From contig CM120640.1 of assembly GCA_051362555.1 (NCBI GenBank), forward strand, positions 63,528,788 through 63,592,787: a DNA stretch of 64,000 bases, in the 5' to 3' direction. Position 1 is the stretch's first letter. The number at the start of each line of letters is the position of its first letter. The notes under the pieces are model-generated. The model saw only the letters and a list, made by a program, of their open reading frames with translations, was not told where the DNA came from and did not search any database. This DNA comes from Lingula anatina (taxonomy: Eukaryota; Animalia; Brachiopoda). Position numbers and translations under genes: made by a program. This document shows, piece by piece, positions 11,137-22,164 of the stretch.

Positions 11137-13509
11137 TTAATGCTCTGCTACTGAGTGTTCTACTGTAAATATTTCCGTATGTAACTAACATTATGCCTAT
11201 TCTATATGTCAAAACTTTTCAGTTTCATGTGATCCTTGAACAATATTGACCATATTTGTTGTATTATTGTTTTTCCTAATTTAAAAGCCACAGTTGCATA
11301 TAAACATTTGTATTTATGTACACAGAAATGGTGATTGTGGGGTGATTTTTACCTCAAAATGACCAAAAATTCCTCTTTTTAACCCAAAATGAAGTGACCC
11401 AACCGAAATGATGTATCTATTTGCGCTCATTGATCATGAAATCACATGGTTAGACATATAACAAGCCATCTTTGAACTGATATTTAAAGATTTACATGAG
11501 AAATATCTAATTTGAGGGAGCGTTTGGTGGCCATTTTGAAAAATCACTTGATACCAATATCAGATGTAACTTAAAATGAAAATACTTATTAGATTTGTAT
11601 TCAGCAGCCAAAATGGCCATAGAATCCACTTGTCTGAAATTAAATTTCCCAAAAAAGCTTTCATTTGCCCACCCCTACTTATGCCTTCCATTTCCATGGC
11701 ATTTCTTTTTCTACTTTGACTAAGTTTACCCATCCCCACCAACAATAAAAACATAAATGTTGCTCCATCATTGTTCCAAGCTCAAATGCACAAATTACAA
11801 CCTATTACCTTGGATGAAATATACTGTGGCTTTTTAGTCCAAACTATAACCAAGTGATGTCACTTCGTCTCATACATGTAGCAATTTAAAAGTACACAAG
11901 TGTTGTTTCACAGCAGCAAAAACAACAACATTGTTTCATATTATAACATTGTTTTAAATGTATCCATTTATTCATTACAAGTAATGCACCAAAGCGTCAG
12001 TGACAACCTTGGCCTACATTAGATAGATTATAATGAGTATTTACAAAATATACTTAATTAAAATGCATTTCAGCATGTGTATCCTTAATAAAGCGAAAAA
12101 TACAAATTGGGGACGGGCGCTACAGGTGGGGACGGACGCTACATTTGACCACTAATCAAATGGTATATCCACAGTGTGTCTTACTACTGGCCTTTTAGGT
12201 ATATTATTTTATCATGGGTAGTGAAATGCATAAGTGCCTGAGTGTGGCTTTAAAAAAAGATAAACTGCTATCCTTTTGCTACAGGGGGGACGGACGCTAC
12301 AAAATTTTGTGTTAAGATGTGATTTCAATTTTGGATTGTTGGAATTTTCAACTAAACATGGATTTGGACACAGTAATTTTTTTTAATGTATTGAAATACC
12401 TTTAAAAACACATTTCACTGAAGAAAAGTTATTGTCAAGCACAATATTTCCTTTCAGGGGCTCCTTGAAATCAACTATGTTAAAAACAGAAAAATCCGTA
12501 ACAGAGCTCCCTTTTAACATTCAATGGCTTTTGTCTCATATGTTACACTATATTATGCCCAACTGATTTTCAGACAACATTATACCTCACAACTGATATC
12601 TTTAGTCAAACTAAATGCAATGAATTACAATACCAAATTACATATCCACTACCTGAAATTATTACACAACTCCAGTGACCCTTCGTAACAACTAAAAACA
12701 GCTGTATTTAGGGGATTCAAATAAGTATATTTTTGCCAATCTATGTCCGATTTTCAAAAAAAAATTTTTAATTGCTCCGACTAAGCGCCATCTTCGAGAT
12801 TGGACTAAGGGTGGGCACTAGATTGGTTTTGATAATACTTAGAGGCAATGTAACATGCTCAATTTTGAAAGTGTACGTCTGATTGTGAAATAGCCGTTCA
12901 GTGATCAGCATATCGCCACGGTCATATAACATCCCTAGGTATGTATGTCGAATATTCCATAGTGTCCTCTGCCTTCATGCAATCAGCCCTTCGGGCGTAT
13001 GGCTAAAGAAAGTAATCGAAATTCTAACCATTTGGTAAAACCAAAGTAAATCCCAAGTATAAAAGGTCTGTGAAAATTAGTCATAAGTCAGCAAGCATCT
13101 TTCATGTGTCATCAAAACGAAAAATTCAAATAACATCTCACAGAAAAGCATGTGAAAGCATCTTTTCATAATCCTACTGTATTTCAGCCGTAGGAAAGAT
13201 ATTGGTCTATGGAATCTTAAAAGGGCCAAAGCAAAAATGTGACCTTTCTGCGTGTTTAATGCATTTTGCACATTGCGATCGTTTCGCCAAGAGGAAGAGG
13301 AGTATTCATTTTCATAGCATCAGGGGCGGGTGGATAGGATGGGAATAAACGTGAAGCCTAACACCCAAAACCCTTTCTGCACATGCGTAAACCATTGACT
13401 TCACTACTTGGCCAATATAAAGCGGCGTATTTGAGAAGGAACAAGTTTATTCCGATACTACAACAGACACGACAAGGCGTGATATTTAGAGATACCCGTG
13501 GTCTTCAAC

Positions 13510-16500
13510 ATGGCAAAGGTTAAGATGTTTGCGGCTTTGCTTGTGGTTATGATACTGGTGCAGATGTTTGCTGATTCTGACGGTATGTTACTTACGGTTG
13601 CTCGCTCTTTTCGTGGCACAATGTAATGATCCGCCTCGGCTATTTTTCTGATTATTTTACTCTCTCTCTCATCGTGTGCTCGTAACATTTTTCCGACGAT
13701 TAGTTTAAGTTAGTTTTACGTTTATCAAAGCTGTGCAGATGCGGTGTATTAAATCACTTTGACTTAAGCTTATTGTTTTATTTGTTCTTATTTCTAGCTT
13801 GGCGTAGACGCAGACAGATTCAGAGCAAGAGAGTCGCTGACGCTGATAACACTGACAGGGTATGATAATTCATTTAATCTTTTATGAAAACCTCTTGTTC
13901 TATCACTTAATTCCATCCTTACTACGCATATTCTTTTTTGTAATGAAAAATCGGTGACAAACCGAGTGAGATGACGAAGATTGATAAACAGCACTATATG
14001 CTTACGGATATACATGTACTCTTTTGACAACCGAAATTAGTGTGAACTCGGCAATCATGCTTCTGCGCAATAGGTTATTTTTTTCAAATTACCAGACAAA
14101 TAATTGCAGAACTGTGCGATTTTTGTGAAGACAAAAGTGTCTTCCAATAATTATTCAGCGTCACAATGGTTTTATTTGACTTGTGTATAGAACATCTTTG
14201 CAAAAATAAAAGAAGTGGTAAAGATGTGTTTTTATGTCAGGGAGATCTGATATTGTGCTGTGGCTTTGAAATATTTCGATTCCCTGAGGCCACGGCCACT
14301 GTGGTAGAGAAAATAAAGTTATTGACCGACCTTTATTGGGTGGATAGTAGTAGATTTGCTGATGTCTATCTGACTTCTTTACACAAAATCTATCGGAACC
14401 CGTGTGATAAAACCACGGACGTGTTGTTCTTTATACCAATGGAGACTTTCATAATTTTGCATTATGCGATATACCTAGAATTTATCTCCTCAATTCTTAA
14501 GTCGTAAGCCAGTCAATCGCCAGTCCAAGAATGCTATAATCCTTGACATATTTCGTCTGGATGATAGTATCGTCAACAAATGTGAAACCAAAGATATAGA
14601 AACCACTTCAGAGCAGGACATACCGAGTCTCGCTGATGTGATTACAGTTTACTCTAATACTTGCAATGGATCTACCTATGATGTCGTTATCAAACAACTA
14701 AGAAAACACTAAATTACAAAAGGAAGTTCACTGGCTGAAGTCGCAACTCCCGACCTATTGTCACAGCCATCGCTGTAGCCAGTGGTACCGCGCTCCAGAG
14801 CGCAATGTCATCAATGAAACTGCTGTGATGGATGACGCCATAGTAATAATAACGAACAAGATAATGACAATTCTGAAACTTAAAATATTTTAGTAAATAT
14901 TAAGACTTCATTGCCGGGGTGATGCACACCGGCCCTACGGTCAATTTAGAACTAAATAAGGGAGCCACTACGAAGACTCAAATCAAACCGGTCGTCACGG
15001 CCGTGGACATAACGAAATTTTTCGTAATTTTGTCCATGTCACGGCAAACAGCGGTCACTCTGCCAACGTTATTAAACCTGGGCCCCGTAACTCGAAAGCA
15101 TCGCGATATCACATAGAGGCTACAATGTATTATTTGGGGCGAGTATGGTCGAGTTATGGAATCGAGACGCTTGCGCTCGGTCGCAATGCGCGATGGTTTC
15201 GAGTTACGGGGCCCAGTTGTTAGCGCCCAGGTCTCAAACCCAATAAATTTATTGACAACTTATCCCATAATAATGATAACAATGATATCATCGCACATGT
15301 GGTCAGTATGGGAATTAACAGCGTTGAGAAATGCAAGATCCTCTCAGAAAAATAAGGGAAGAAGTTATTTGTGGTCACCGTACCATCTGTTTTATAAAAT
15401 AATGAATATCATGCCAGACTCATATTGGTCGTACACTGTATATAAAAAAAATTATGATTCTCTAAAAGCTACTGTTAAATGGAATGGATTATCAAGTGAA
15501 ACCTTCAGCATTTCCAGTGGAACTAGACAGGGGAGTATATTGTCGCCTGTTCCTTTCAACGTTTTTATGGATGGCTTGTTACACATCTTTCACATGCTAA
15601 CGTGGGAGTCAAATTCGGAGATGTTACGTATAACAGCCTAGCATACGCGGACGATGTCACAGTCTTCGCAACAATTGCGCCTGGACTTCAAGTTTTGGTT
15701 GATATTTGTTTTGATTATGCAAGGACGTAGAAAATGCCATTTGGTAAAGAAAAATAAAAATGTATAATTGCTGGAAAGTCACTGCTAAGCCAAACACACG
15801 AAGTCCGCCTGGGGCAGAATTTTATGAAGAACGACGACTCGCTGGACAAACTTTGTGTTACATTCAATAGAAATAATACAGCGGATGACTACATAGCCTA
15901 CAGGCGTAACAAAAGCATTCCGTATGTCTTATGGCGTGTGTTATCCGGGCTTAGATATCAAACCATACCTTCTATGTGGCGAACAATAGTATCACCGGCC
16001 AATATCACTTACGAAGTTCATTCGGTTTGCACGCCTCAGAAACACCTGCAAACGAATTTGTTACTAGATTTATGGGTGTTTCCTCCAGATTTTGTGCATC
16101 AGAGCTTTTAAAAGAAATTCCAAATACTAATGCTGCTGCTTTTAAATCAGGCAAATTTCTATTCTATAAGACCATGACCATTGACTCACCGTGCCGTAAG
16201 ATTAATTTTATCGTATCAACTATCTCATTTAATACTCAATCACTCATTGATGAGAGGGACCCTGCTTTAATGATATCTTTTGGTATAAGCCCAATTTTAT
16301 GTACAGTATGATAAACATGAAATCTGCTAGCAAAGGGTCACGGGACCATCAGGACTAGTTTACACGTTGAGCTTTCTATATAGTTAATAGTTCCAGATAA
16401 CAGGAAAGACAATCTAAGGCTGTATTCCCAGAGCTTTTAGATCGATCTATCCCCGCGGGGAGTCTCACTAGAATACTGTCAGATAATCCGGCTTAAATGT

Positions 16501-16990
16501 CCGTCCCGCCTACTACAAGCTGTAAGGGGGTAATTAACTTTCGTGTCCGCTCGGCTGACAGCTATTTAGCGTGAACCCCCAGGGAGTTAGGTCGATCTAA
16601 AGTAGATCGATCTAATCTCTGGAAATGGGGTCTAAGGAATACATGCTTGTGGGACTATTTTTAAAATCTTTTTAATTGGCCTCTATTTACACTGTGTTAT
16701 TTTTATGTATTTCGTTTTATTCCATCTCATTCTAACTTATTTTATTTTATTTGTTTATTTTTCATTTTTTTAAAGGTGGTTATATAAATAAATAAATAAA
16801 TAAAACGGATTCAGAGTTGTTTGTACTATTGGTAACACCCAATGTCATTCTTGGAATCGTCACTAGAGCTTTTGACTAAAATATACATATATTTTTTCAG
16901 AACCAGCTGTCTCACAAAGAACGCGAAATGGTTATCGATCTGCTCAAAGACAAGATAGCAATGAACGACGATGATGGTGAAGAAGATTAA
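13510..16990 (+). CDS. Secreted Arg-rich peptide precursor 2 (74 aa): signal peptide, WRRRRQIQS-KR, acidic pro-region
   Basis: Exons 13510-13582, 13798-13859, 16901-16990 with GT/AG sites and phases 1, 0. Translation MAKVKMFAALLVVMILVQMFADSDA-WRRRRQIQS-KR-VADADNTDRNQLSHKEREMVIDLLKDKIAMNDDDGEED*. 5' and 3' UTRs are homologous to gene 1. Confidence 0.85.
15078..15216. mobile_element. Small MITE (Harbinger-like)
   Basis: TIRs CTGGGCCCCGTAACTCGAAAGCATCGCG / CGCGATGGTTTCGAGTTACGGGGCCCAG. Confidence 0.8.
15400..16805 (+). mobile_element. Degenerate non-LTR retrotransposon (LINE) RT fragment in intron 2 of peptide gene 2
   Basis: VKWNGLSSETFSISSGTRQGSILSPVPFNVFMDGLL, then AYADDV (GCATACGCGGACGATGTC at 15641) in a shifted frame; stops and frameshifts; (AAAT)n tail at about 16786-16804. 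Confidence 0.85.
16418..16632. mobile_element. MITE family A, copy 1 (Harbinger-like, GATCGATC subterminal repeats)
   Basis: TAA-GGCTGTATTCCCAGAG...TAGATCGATCTA ... TAGATCGATCTAATCTCTGGAAATGGGGTC-TAA; homologous to 56494-56708. Confidence 0.8.
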
Positions 16991-17634
16991 TAAAGGCCAT
17001 CAGACATTCACGCAGACAGATTTTGACACCCGGAAGACATCACATGTGTACTAAACAACCATGGTTTTGTCCTGTGGATTGACTTTTCAAGCTCCTCAAT
17101 TGGTCCAGTAGAATAACTTCAACGGTTTAACTTGTAATTTTTATATAAAATTGAATTCATTTACAAATAACAATACCACGGTCGGACAGTGTCTTGAAAA
17201 AAGGAAACAAAATAGACCAAAATATACTGAATTACAGTAGAAATATAGCTAGTAATTTGTTGAGAAGATATAACTTACTATGCTATCTGTAAAGAAATAT
17301 TACCGTAATGATTGCTTTCGTATGTCTATTTTAACTTAGCTATATACTTTTAGATTTTAAAGGAATGACGAACGTTATATTTTATCCATAATTTTTCTCT
17401 TCAATATTTATTTTAAAAGTACCTAATCCCGTTTTTAATACAGTACCTTACATTTTATATATACATTCAATGGGTGTCTTATATATTGCAAAGAAGCACA
17501 ATAAACCCCAATAACAATAAATACTAGTTACTGCGTTGGAAATCAACATCCTTTTTCTTCGTTATAAACCATTATACATGAGCAAAAATATGATTCGTTT
17601 TCAAAGATCTTTTATTTTTTAATTTACAACCTAA

Positions 17635-17830
17635 GCCCCCTGTACACTAGACGGTGTTCTTTTAGCGTCCCTCGATCAAAAATGTGGCCAGGAAGATCAA
17701 TGGTCGCCAAAGCATGGTAGTCTCAGTGTAAATGCTTCTGCGTCCATGCTGCGTCCTTTGAACGACCGAATGTAGATTTTACCTGTAAAAATGACAGCGA
17801 CCTGTGCGTCCACTGAGCGACCTGGCTGCC
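17635..17830. mobile_element. Left part of a MITE related to 4616-4838
   Basis: TAA-GCCCCCTGTACACTAGACGGTGTTCTTTTAGCGTCC with internal TGCGTCC repeats; right TIR not found. Confidence 0.55.
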
Positions 17831-17849
17831 CCCGTCAATTTAACACCTT

Positions 17850-18280
17850 TCTATTTTGAGTTGAGATAGCAATCAGTATGGGGCGTAACTTCATCCCCGA
17901 ACAGAGCTTTTTCACAAAAATTGGTAGAGTTGACCACGAGTGTATAGGCTACAATCCCATGCCGTCATTTGGTTTAAATGTTTTTGTTATGGAGTTATGA
18001 CCCCCTAATTACAGATTTTCATTAAACGAGGGCATTATTTTGCTTTATCAACGATAAAATCTGAACAAAGATTTCAAGAAAAATCGCTGGCAGGGTTTTA
18101 GAGTACTAAATGGTGGCATTAAACTGGCGTCAAAACGGTGTGCGTGGGTGCTCAGGTAAAAGAGAAATTTAAAAACCGATTTTTCAGTTTTACCCAAAAT
18201 CGCAATCATGACGTCACCCGTAAGAAGACATACGTGTTAATTATGTTAATTAATTTAGTAACTGAACACTAAAAAATTTA
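17850..18280 (-). repeat. Diverged inverted copy of 9520-9945
   Basis: Reverse-complement matches such as GTTATGGAGTTATGA, TTATCAACGAT and CTGGCAGGGTTTTAG along about 430 bp. Confidence 0.8.
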
Positions 18281-18339
18281 AAAGTGCATTCATGTGAAGT
18301 ATACATGGAGCCCCGTTGGTACATGCCCCTTGGGACGAT

Positions 18340-19364
18340 CTATATGCGTTCTTCTCCTCTTACGATGCGCTCGTACAGCTCAGCATCAAGAGGAACAAAC
18401 GCACGTTTCGTCTCATCCAGGAAGTAGAGTTTGTCGTCTTTAACTTCGCTAGGTTTAAACCCTTGTGCTTTGAGTTGTTCTTTCCTCTGTTTGTACGTGC
18501 CTGTCAGATCTAATGTGTGCTGGACACGCAGGAAAAGTGGCCTGGCATAAGCTGGGAGACTGTCGGAAAGACGATTGTAGATATTTTCAAACAGTTGCCA
18601 TGTTAATTTCTTTTCTTTCTGCAACGTGACAGCAGCCATACCAACTCTACCCTCTTTACCGAATTACGACAAAAGCATGAGAATTAGAGCCAAGGGGAGA
18701 CGATTTTGTCTTAGAAAACAGTTTGGGTGTTGAGAGGCCCGTTGTCTTTTGTGAGTGAAAAGTGAAGGCTAAAGGCGTTTTCATATCTGTGAGGTTAATA
18801 GTGGCTTCCCAACCCTTACCTGGCACTTTGACCCCATACACGCTGGCGTCCTCCACGCCTTCTACCTCTGCTAGAACGTTAGCGACCTCTAGTGTGGAAA
18901 CGTTCTCTCCTTTCCATCTACAACACCAAACGTATCGTCTCAACCATTGTGTAGTAGATAAAGATATAATAGTATAATGTCTTTTTTTACTTACTGCATA
19001 TGAATTACACTTGTTTCGTGAATGAAAAAAAAATGAGAAAAAAGGAAGAAATCAACCATTTTCGACCCATATAATTATGTGTTGCTCAGCTCAAGGAGTT
19101 GTTTGAGACAAACTCTTTGCACAGATGTATACCTTCAAATTACTGAATCCTATATGATGCTTTACCTAAATGTATCCCCAACTCTGTCACTGAAGTAAAG
19201 AAAATAGTTACTGTCGGTGTACAGTAAGTCTCCGGAGTTGAAATATGCATCACCTTGTTGGAAAACGTTGCGTAATATTTTCTTTTCTGTCAACCCTTTG
19301 TTCCCTTTATAACCCTCAAAGGTAAAATTTCCTTTTATGGCTGCTATCAACAGACCGGGTTCTC
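18340..19364 (-). pseudogene. SLC27A: SLC27/FATP very-long-chain acyl-CoA synthetase, 3' three exons only
   Basis: Exons 19364-19166, 18917-18820, about 18659-18340 encode [11 protein letters not shown]...[19 protein letters not shown] (FATP signature), YGVKVPG.EGRVGMAA and LPAYARPLFLR. No 5' exons recognised; the last acceptor reads CG instead of AG. Confidence 0.75.
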
Positions 19365-19818
19365 CTAGGAAGGGAAGAACAAGTCATGATAAATAACTAG
19401 AAATAAAATCAGCAGCATTCAGCAATGACGAACGCCTACATATAAACACTCACCACCGAGTATACAAAACTGTGCTAAAATTTGGAATTGCTTGCTGAAG
19501 GTTGCTTTTTTATACAATCGATGTGAATGCATAGAGACATTATAGTGGTTACTTAATATTCAATTAAAAATTCTTATTACAGGAAAGTACTGTGTGCCAC
19601 ACCTCTACCGACAAGAAACGTTAATGTCAGTAGAAAATGATCAAGGCAAATAATGTTGATAAATGATAATAATAAAAATGATAGTGATAAAAGGTCTACA
19701 TTGTACCTATCTCGACAGGGATACAACGTTCATTTCTTACAGGTTCGTCGTCCTCGTGATCATACTTAACCAAGAAGCTCGGGAACACTAGTTGCTGAAA
19801 GCATGTTGATACGTGTTT

Positions 19819-19820
<2 letters not shown>

Positions 19821-19871
<51 letters not shown>
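19821..19871. repeat. (TA)n microsatellite
   Basis: About 25 TA units. Confidence 0.95.
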
Positions 19872-19874
<3 letters not shown>

Positions 19875-19930
19875 CTATGTCAGCTCAATCATTTATCCAC
19901 ATTGTGATCAAAGTCGTGTTTGTGTTGTAG

Positions 19931-20525
19931 GGAATGACCTCGTATACCTTATGACAAATGACCGACGTTATAAGCTTCATGTGGACATGGAAGATGTGAC
20001 GGGAAACAAAACCTATGCTCTCTATAACTTCTTTGCCATTGAATCGGAAAAGAGTAACTGCAAACTGAAACTGGGCGTATACACAGGCAATGCAGGTAAG
20101 CCTCGTGTACATGAAGTCACAAACTTATTCCTAAAAGTATGCACCTTTTAAGAAATAGATATAACCAGCTGTCTAAATAAGTTTTAAAAAATCAAAATGA
20201 AAAGTAAGGCCCAAGCACAATGCGCAGAATTAGTTCTTCATTGTTATTTTTCAGGTGACTCTCTTTCTAAATCATAATGGGTATCCGTTCACCACAAAAG
20301 ACAAGGATAATGACAAAGTATTGAAAATTGTGCAAAATATTACAAAGGTGCCTAGTGGTATGTAGTCTGTCCAGTCTAAATGGTTTGTACCACCTTGGTC
20401 CACATACATTATACGCTGATGGTATTAACTGGCACTCATTTAAAGGTTACTACCATTCTTTAAAAAGAACCGCAATGAAGATTCGACCTATCGGGTTTAA
20501 TACCGAATCTGTTGTCATTGGATAG
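19931..20525 (+). pseudogene. Fibrinogen-related domain (ficolin/FReD-like) pseudogene, last two exons
   Basis: Exon 19931-20095 GNDLVYLMT...YKLHVDMED..GNKTYALYNFFAIESE...LKLGVYTGNAG. Exon from 20255 GDSL../HNGYPFTTKDKDND../CAKYYKGA*WY../SLNGLY...DGINW..FKGYYHSLKRTAMKIRP, with frameshifts and an in-frame TAG. Confidence 0.85.
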
Positions 20526-22164
20526 ATGCAAAATAAATATAAAGCTCTTTCAACCCCTTATCTGGTGAGCGCACCGGCAATTGAAATACAATTCAGTTTT
20601 TCAACAAGTTAACATTGTATGCATACAAACATCACTTCGGATTATGGTTTTACGTGCACATTATATTTTAGTCCTTTCTATTATCCATTTTATGTCGTTT
20701 TATTGAATCTTATTTATAAAAAAAGGTGGTACAACGGTACTTTATTTGTAAATTCGTCTCCACAATAAATACAAAGTGTGTCTAAAAAAAATAAGTCACC
20801 CCAATTTTTTTTTATAAACTGTTATCAGTGAAAATGTGAAACTAATTTAACTAACTTTAGGATTTAGGTCGTCTTCTGGGTTTTCCGGAAGACGGTCAGA
20901 TTTTCAAGTTTACATTGATGGGTATCTAATTTTTTTTTTTCTGTCGGCAGTCGGTCAAAAATGGAGAATGGATCAATAAAGATAATTTGGAAGCCTGTCA
21001 GAAAATATCTCTGGATCCGCCCCTGCTTAATGAAACTATCCTTCTCTGCAGGGACTTTGGCTGAATGCAAACAGATGAACACACCTGCTCTTGTTTCCAA
21101 CATCCTAGATAAATCATGAGCTTTTTTTAAATTCTACTCAATGTCAGACATGTTCATCTGATTGCACTCAGCGAGAGTCCATGCAGAGTGGGATTGATGT
21201 ACGTAGAACGATGGTTTCATTGGGAATAAGCCTTAAGATTACACTCCTATTCATGCAGACAAAAGACGCCAAAGAGTTCTAAAGGCAATGTAGGTAATCA
21301 GACCTATAAACAGCGTACAAGTACCTAATATTTAAATGATCGTACGCTTTAACACGCATGGCAAGTTAAGTTTGATGCTAATACAGGTAATGAATGTTTT
21401 TCAATTTGTGAATTATTTTATTTCCAAATTAGATAATAATAATTTTTTAGTTTAAACACAGTCATAAAATGCTTTATTGTTTATGTAAAGATAACTGTGT
21501 AACTCGACTCACAGGACAAACGAAAAATCTCTTTTAAAAATCCAACATTAGTCATGATGAAATAATTTAACAAACCTGACAAAGTTTAATTGCAGTGTCA
21601 AAATTCTGCTTATAGAATAGCTTAAAATGTCATAAAAATTTAATCTTAAAGTCCTTTTTACTCCATTTCCATTTATTTCATTTACAATCACACAGGTATG
21701 TACAAATACAAGAATGCATCTGAATATAAAAAGAATCTAATTTTCAATCAGAAAACATCACTTAAGAGAGATTTTGCTGAAGAATCAGGAATGTTTCAAG
21801 CTCAATATCACATCTGAATGCAAAATGTTACGTATAGATAACAACTTCATGAAAAAAGTTTGATAAAAAACATCCCACTATTAAAATATACATTCTATTT
21901 TCACCAATTTGACATTTCTATTAAGAATGTTCGGTCAATTAACAACAGCGTTACTCCTTCTGAGCTGAATTATATCATAATTCTTGCATGATTTCTATCA
22001 GACAGACAAGATCATCCTGGTATCCAGTCCCTAGACAAAAGATTGGTAAATAGCATTTACAAAAGTACTATGTAAAAAGGCAAGCTGGTACACCTGACAT
22101 GCAGGGCGACCTCAGACTATTGACACTGTATGGCACTGCTTTGGCATGAGTTTTAAATTTGCAG

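Larger units (their letters stand above)
8114..11677. mobile_element. Nested DNA transposon with TAG...CTA termini and 7-bp TSD (unclassified)
   Basis: TAGGGGTGGGCAAATGA / TCATTTGCCCACCCCTA, plus subterminal inverted GTGGATTCTATGGCCATTTT..CTGCTGAA; CTTATGC on both flanks (8107-8113, 11678-11684). Confidence 0.85.
7500..11733 (-). pseudogene. Disrupted K/E/R-rich ORF of the 6804-12896 transposon (probable transposase N-terminus)
   Basis: ATG 11733 gives MGKLSQSRKRNAMEMEGIS. After removing the 8114-11677 insertion it continues ESALKKK (frameshift) RKQREELKKDPERL...KQAKNALPRSPRRKAKIV, with stops and frameshifts. No catalytic core seen. Confidence 0.55.
6804..12896 (-). mobile_element. DNA transposon with 4-bp TSD (Sola-like), internally deleted
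   Basis: TIRs CGGCTGTTTCACAATCAGATGTACACTTT / AAAGTGTACGTCTGATTGTGAAATAGCCG; TTCA on both flanks (6800-6803, 12897-12900); motif GGGACGG(A/G)CGCTACA repeated near both ends (about 6988, 7360, 12110, 12129, 12287). Superfamily is inferred from TSD length. Confidence 0.75.
5310..13000. mobile_element. Hairpin-rich non-autonomous element(s), Crypton-like, interrupted by the 6804-12896 transposon
   Basis: Short GC hairpins (CCCGAGTCAGCGAGGG, CACGAGTGCGAAGCACGTGTG, CTCGAGCGTCAGCGAGAG, GCCCTTCGGGC). Inverted pairs ATAATACACTGTCACCC (about 5322) / GGGTGACAGTGTATTAT (about 5586) and TATTTGACATACATACC (about 5600) / GGTATGTATGTCGAATA (about 12938). Family assignment is inference; no recombinase ORF seen. 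Confidence 0.45.

Noticed and set aside
13458-13688. 76-aa minus-strand ORF
   Set aside because: Antisense shadow of exon 1 of peptide gene 2.
19813-19930. (YI)n N-terminus on the fibrinogen-domain ORF
   Set aside because: Translation of the (TA)n microsatellite; the homologous exon starts at 19931.
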